Assembly: GCA_016214325.1 (NCBI GenBank)
Contig: JACROS010000005.1
Span: 1 to 40,175, forward strand
DNA length: 40,175 bases
Source: Candidatus Omnitrophota bacterium
Lineage (GTDB): Bacteria; Omnitrophota; Gorgyraeia; Gygaellales; Profunditerraquicolaceae
Reading direction: 5' to 3'
Within the stretch, counting starts at the first letter, position 1. Every line of letters starts with the position of its first letter. Below the pieces are notes generated by a model that worked only from the letters and a program-made list of their open reading frames with translations, had not been told where the DNA came from and did not search any database. Below, one piece after another: positions 39,302 through 40,175 of this stretch. Made by a program: the position numbers and the translations under genes.

Positions 39302-39862
39302 TCAATTCTTGCCCAATCTTTGTTTTAATAACTCGCGGCCTGTCTTTCTTTTTTGAGCATACCTTTCTTTTTCAACCTCAAGCTCCAACAAAATCTGGCC
39401 TGGCAAACTCTCTGAGCTTATTTCTTTTATCTTCCTGTAACCAAACCTTTCATGTGCTGAAATAACCCTGTTATTCTCAACAACAATACGGGAAAAAATC
39501 TTTTCTAAACCAAGGGCTTCAAAACCAAAATCATGCACCAGCATAAAAGATTCTATCGCAATAACTGCCGAATTAACACATATCCATCTTCCAAATTCGG
39601 CGCGCTTTCCTGCATCAATATTATACAAACCAACGGTACCAAAAGATACGCCTGCTTTATCTTCTATTATAAAATAATAATCGCCTTGGCGCAGCTGCTG
39701 TTCTTTAATCCAAGACTTTTGTTTTTCAATGCTTGGATCTGTGGAGTGCAGAAATTTACTAGTCTCAGGATTTAAACGTAAAGACAATATAAATTCTGCA
39801 TCCTCCGGATGGACATGGCGCAATATTGAAAAATCACCCAACAAATTCGTATTATAAATCAT
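39302..39862 (-). CDS. GNAT-family N-acetyltransferase (RimJ/RimL-type, Acetyltransf_3-like)
   Basis: 186 aa. LRHVHPEDAEFILSLRLNPETSKFLH..., ...GTVGLYNIDAGKRAEFGRWI and GLEKIFSRIVVENNRVISAHERFGY blocks are typical of this GNAT subgroup. Confidence 0.75.
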   Translation of the reverse strand: MIYNTNLLGDFSILRHVHPEDAEFILSLRLNPETSKFLHSTDPSIEKQKSWIKEQQLRQGDYYFIIEDKAGVSFGTVGLYNIDAGKRAEFGRWICVNSAVIAIESFMLVHDFGFEALGLEKIFSRIVVENNRVISAHERFGYRKIKEISSESLPGQILLELEVEKERYAQKRKTGRELLKQRLGKN

Positions 39863-39873
39863 GTCTAAAGACT

Positions 39874-40175
39874 CTACTTCTTTATTCCTACTTTAAGCAA
39901 TAAATATGGGCGTATAATCTTCCACCAATCAACAAAGGGGCGAATATGGCTGTATTTTTGTTTTTTGTCACTAGGATAAACTTTTGAAACAGCCACTTCC
40001 TTCACCTTATATCCCAAGGTAATCACCTTATAGTGAAAATAGCTCTCAAATTCATATTTATCCAACCACTCTTGCCACGGATTTATTCTTTTGTCATCAA
40101 ATATGTTAAGCTTATAAGCCCTGAACCCATTTAGTGCGTCGCTTCCCGGGAATCCGGTAATCAAATAAAAAAAAA
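39874..40175 (-). CDS. GT2 (Dpm1/GtrB-type) glycosyltransferase, C-terminal fragment (N-terminus beyond right edge)
   Basis: ...SDALNGFRAYKLNIF... resembles the 'sGFRay' block of polyprenyl-phosphate GT2 enzymes. The frame stays open upstream of the TTG at 40164 to the end of the window, so the gene is truncated by the window or contig end. Confidence 0.6.
   Translation of the reverse strand, partial: FFYLITGFPGSDALNGFRAYKLNIFDDKRINPWQEWLDKYEFESYFHYKVITLGYKVKEVAVSKVYPSDKKQKYSHIRPFVDWWKIIRPYLLLKVGIKK

Noticed and set aside
40166-40175. Terminal A10 run at the right edge.
   Set aside because: It is most likely a contig-end or homopolymer artefact within the truncated GT2 gene, where it reads as Phe codons on the coding strand. 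There is no evidence that it is a biological signal.

Overview
This AT-rich 40.2-kb window (roughly one-third G+C by eye) is essentially one uninterrupted minus-strand gene array. I count 38 CDS or pseudogenes. Summing the gaps between ORF coordinates gives only about 0.4-0.55 kb of non-coding DNA. Nine stop/start pairs overlap by 4 nt (ATGA, once TTGA), and canonical GGAGG-type Shine-Dalgarno sites precede most non-overlapping starts. I saw no rRNA, tRNA, CRISPR array, transposase, integrase or convincing terminator, so the promoter presumably lies beyond the right edge. The content is a very large surface-glycan (O-antigen/EPS-like) biosynthesis and export locus. Export and ligation: Wzm/Wzt ABC exporter with a Wzt C-terminal glycan-binding domain, a MurJ-family flippase and an O-antigen-ligase-family protein. 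Glycosyl transfer: GT4, GT2 and other GT-B transferases, two GT-C (ArnT/PMT-like) membrane transferases and polyprenyl-phosphate-type GT2 enzymes, one of them fused to a methyltransferase. Sugar-nucleotide supply: an FdtA/DegT/GNAT 3-amino-3,6-dideoxyhexose cassette and GDP-fucose synthase. Tailoring: a NodB deacetylase, LbH acyltransferases, an SGNH-like/TPR protein, a fused membrane/spermidine-synthase protein, and ten SAM-methyltransferase domains plus a B12-binding radical SAM enzyme. The most unusual part is a seven-gene block at 11955-19647: FemAB-like, KamA-like aminomutase, LpxD-like N-acyltransferase, PaaK/CapK-like adenylating enzyme, an orphan GNAT-like protein, a methyltransferase and a B12-radical SAM enzyme. 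It looks like an undescribed (beta-)aminoacyl/peptidyl glycan-tailoring module. Two amino-acid-chemistry genes are frame-disrupted, each with an apparent short internal deletion: the asparagine synthase paralogue and the KamA-like gene. All functional calls are family-level motif recognition from the translations. No database search was possible.
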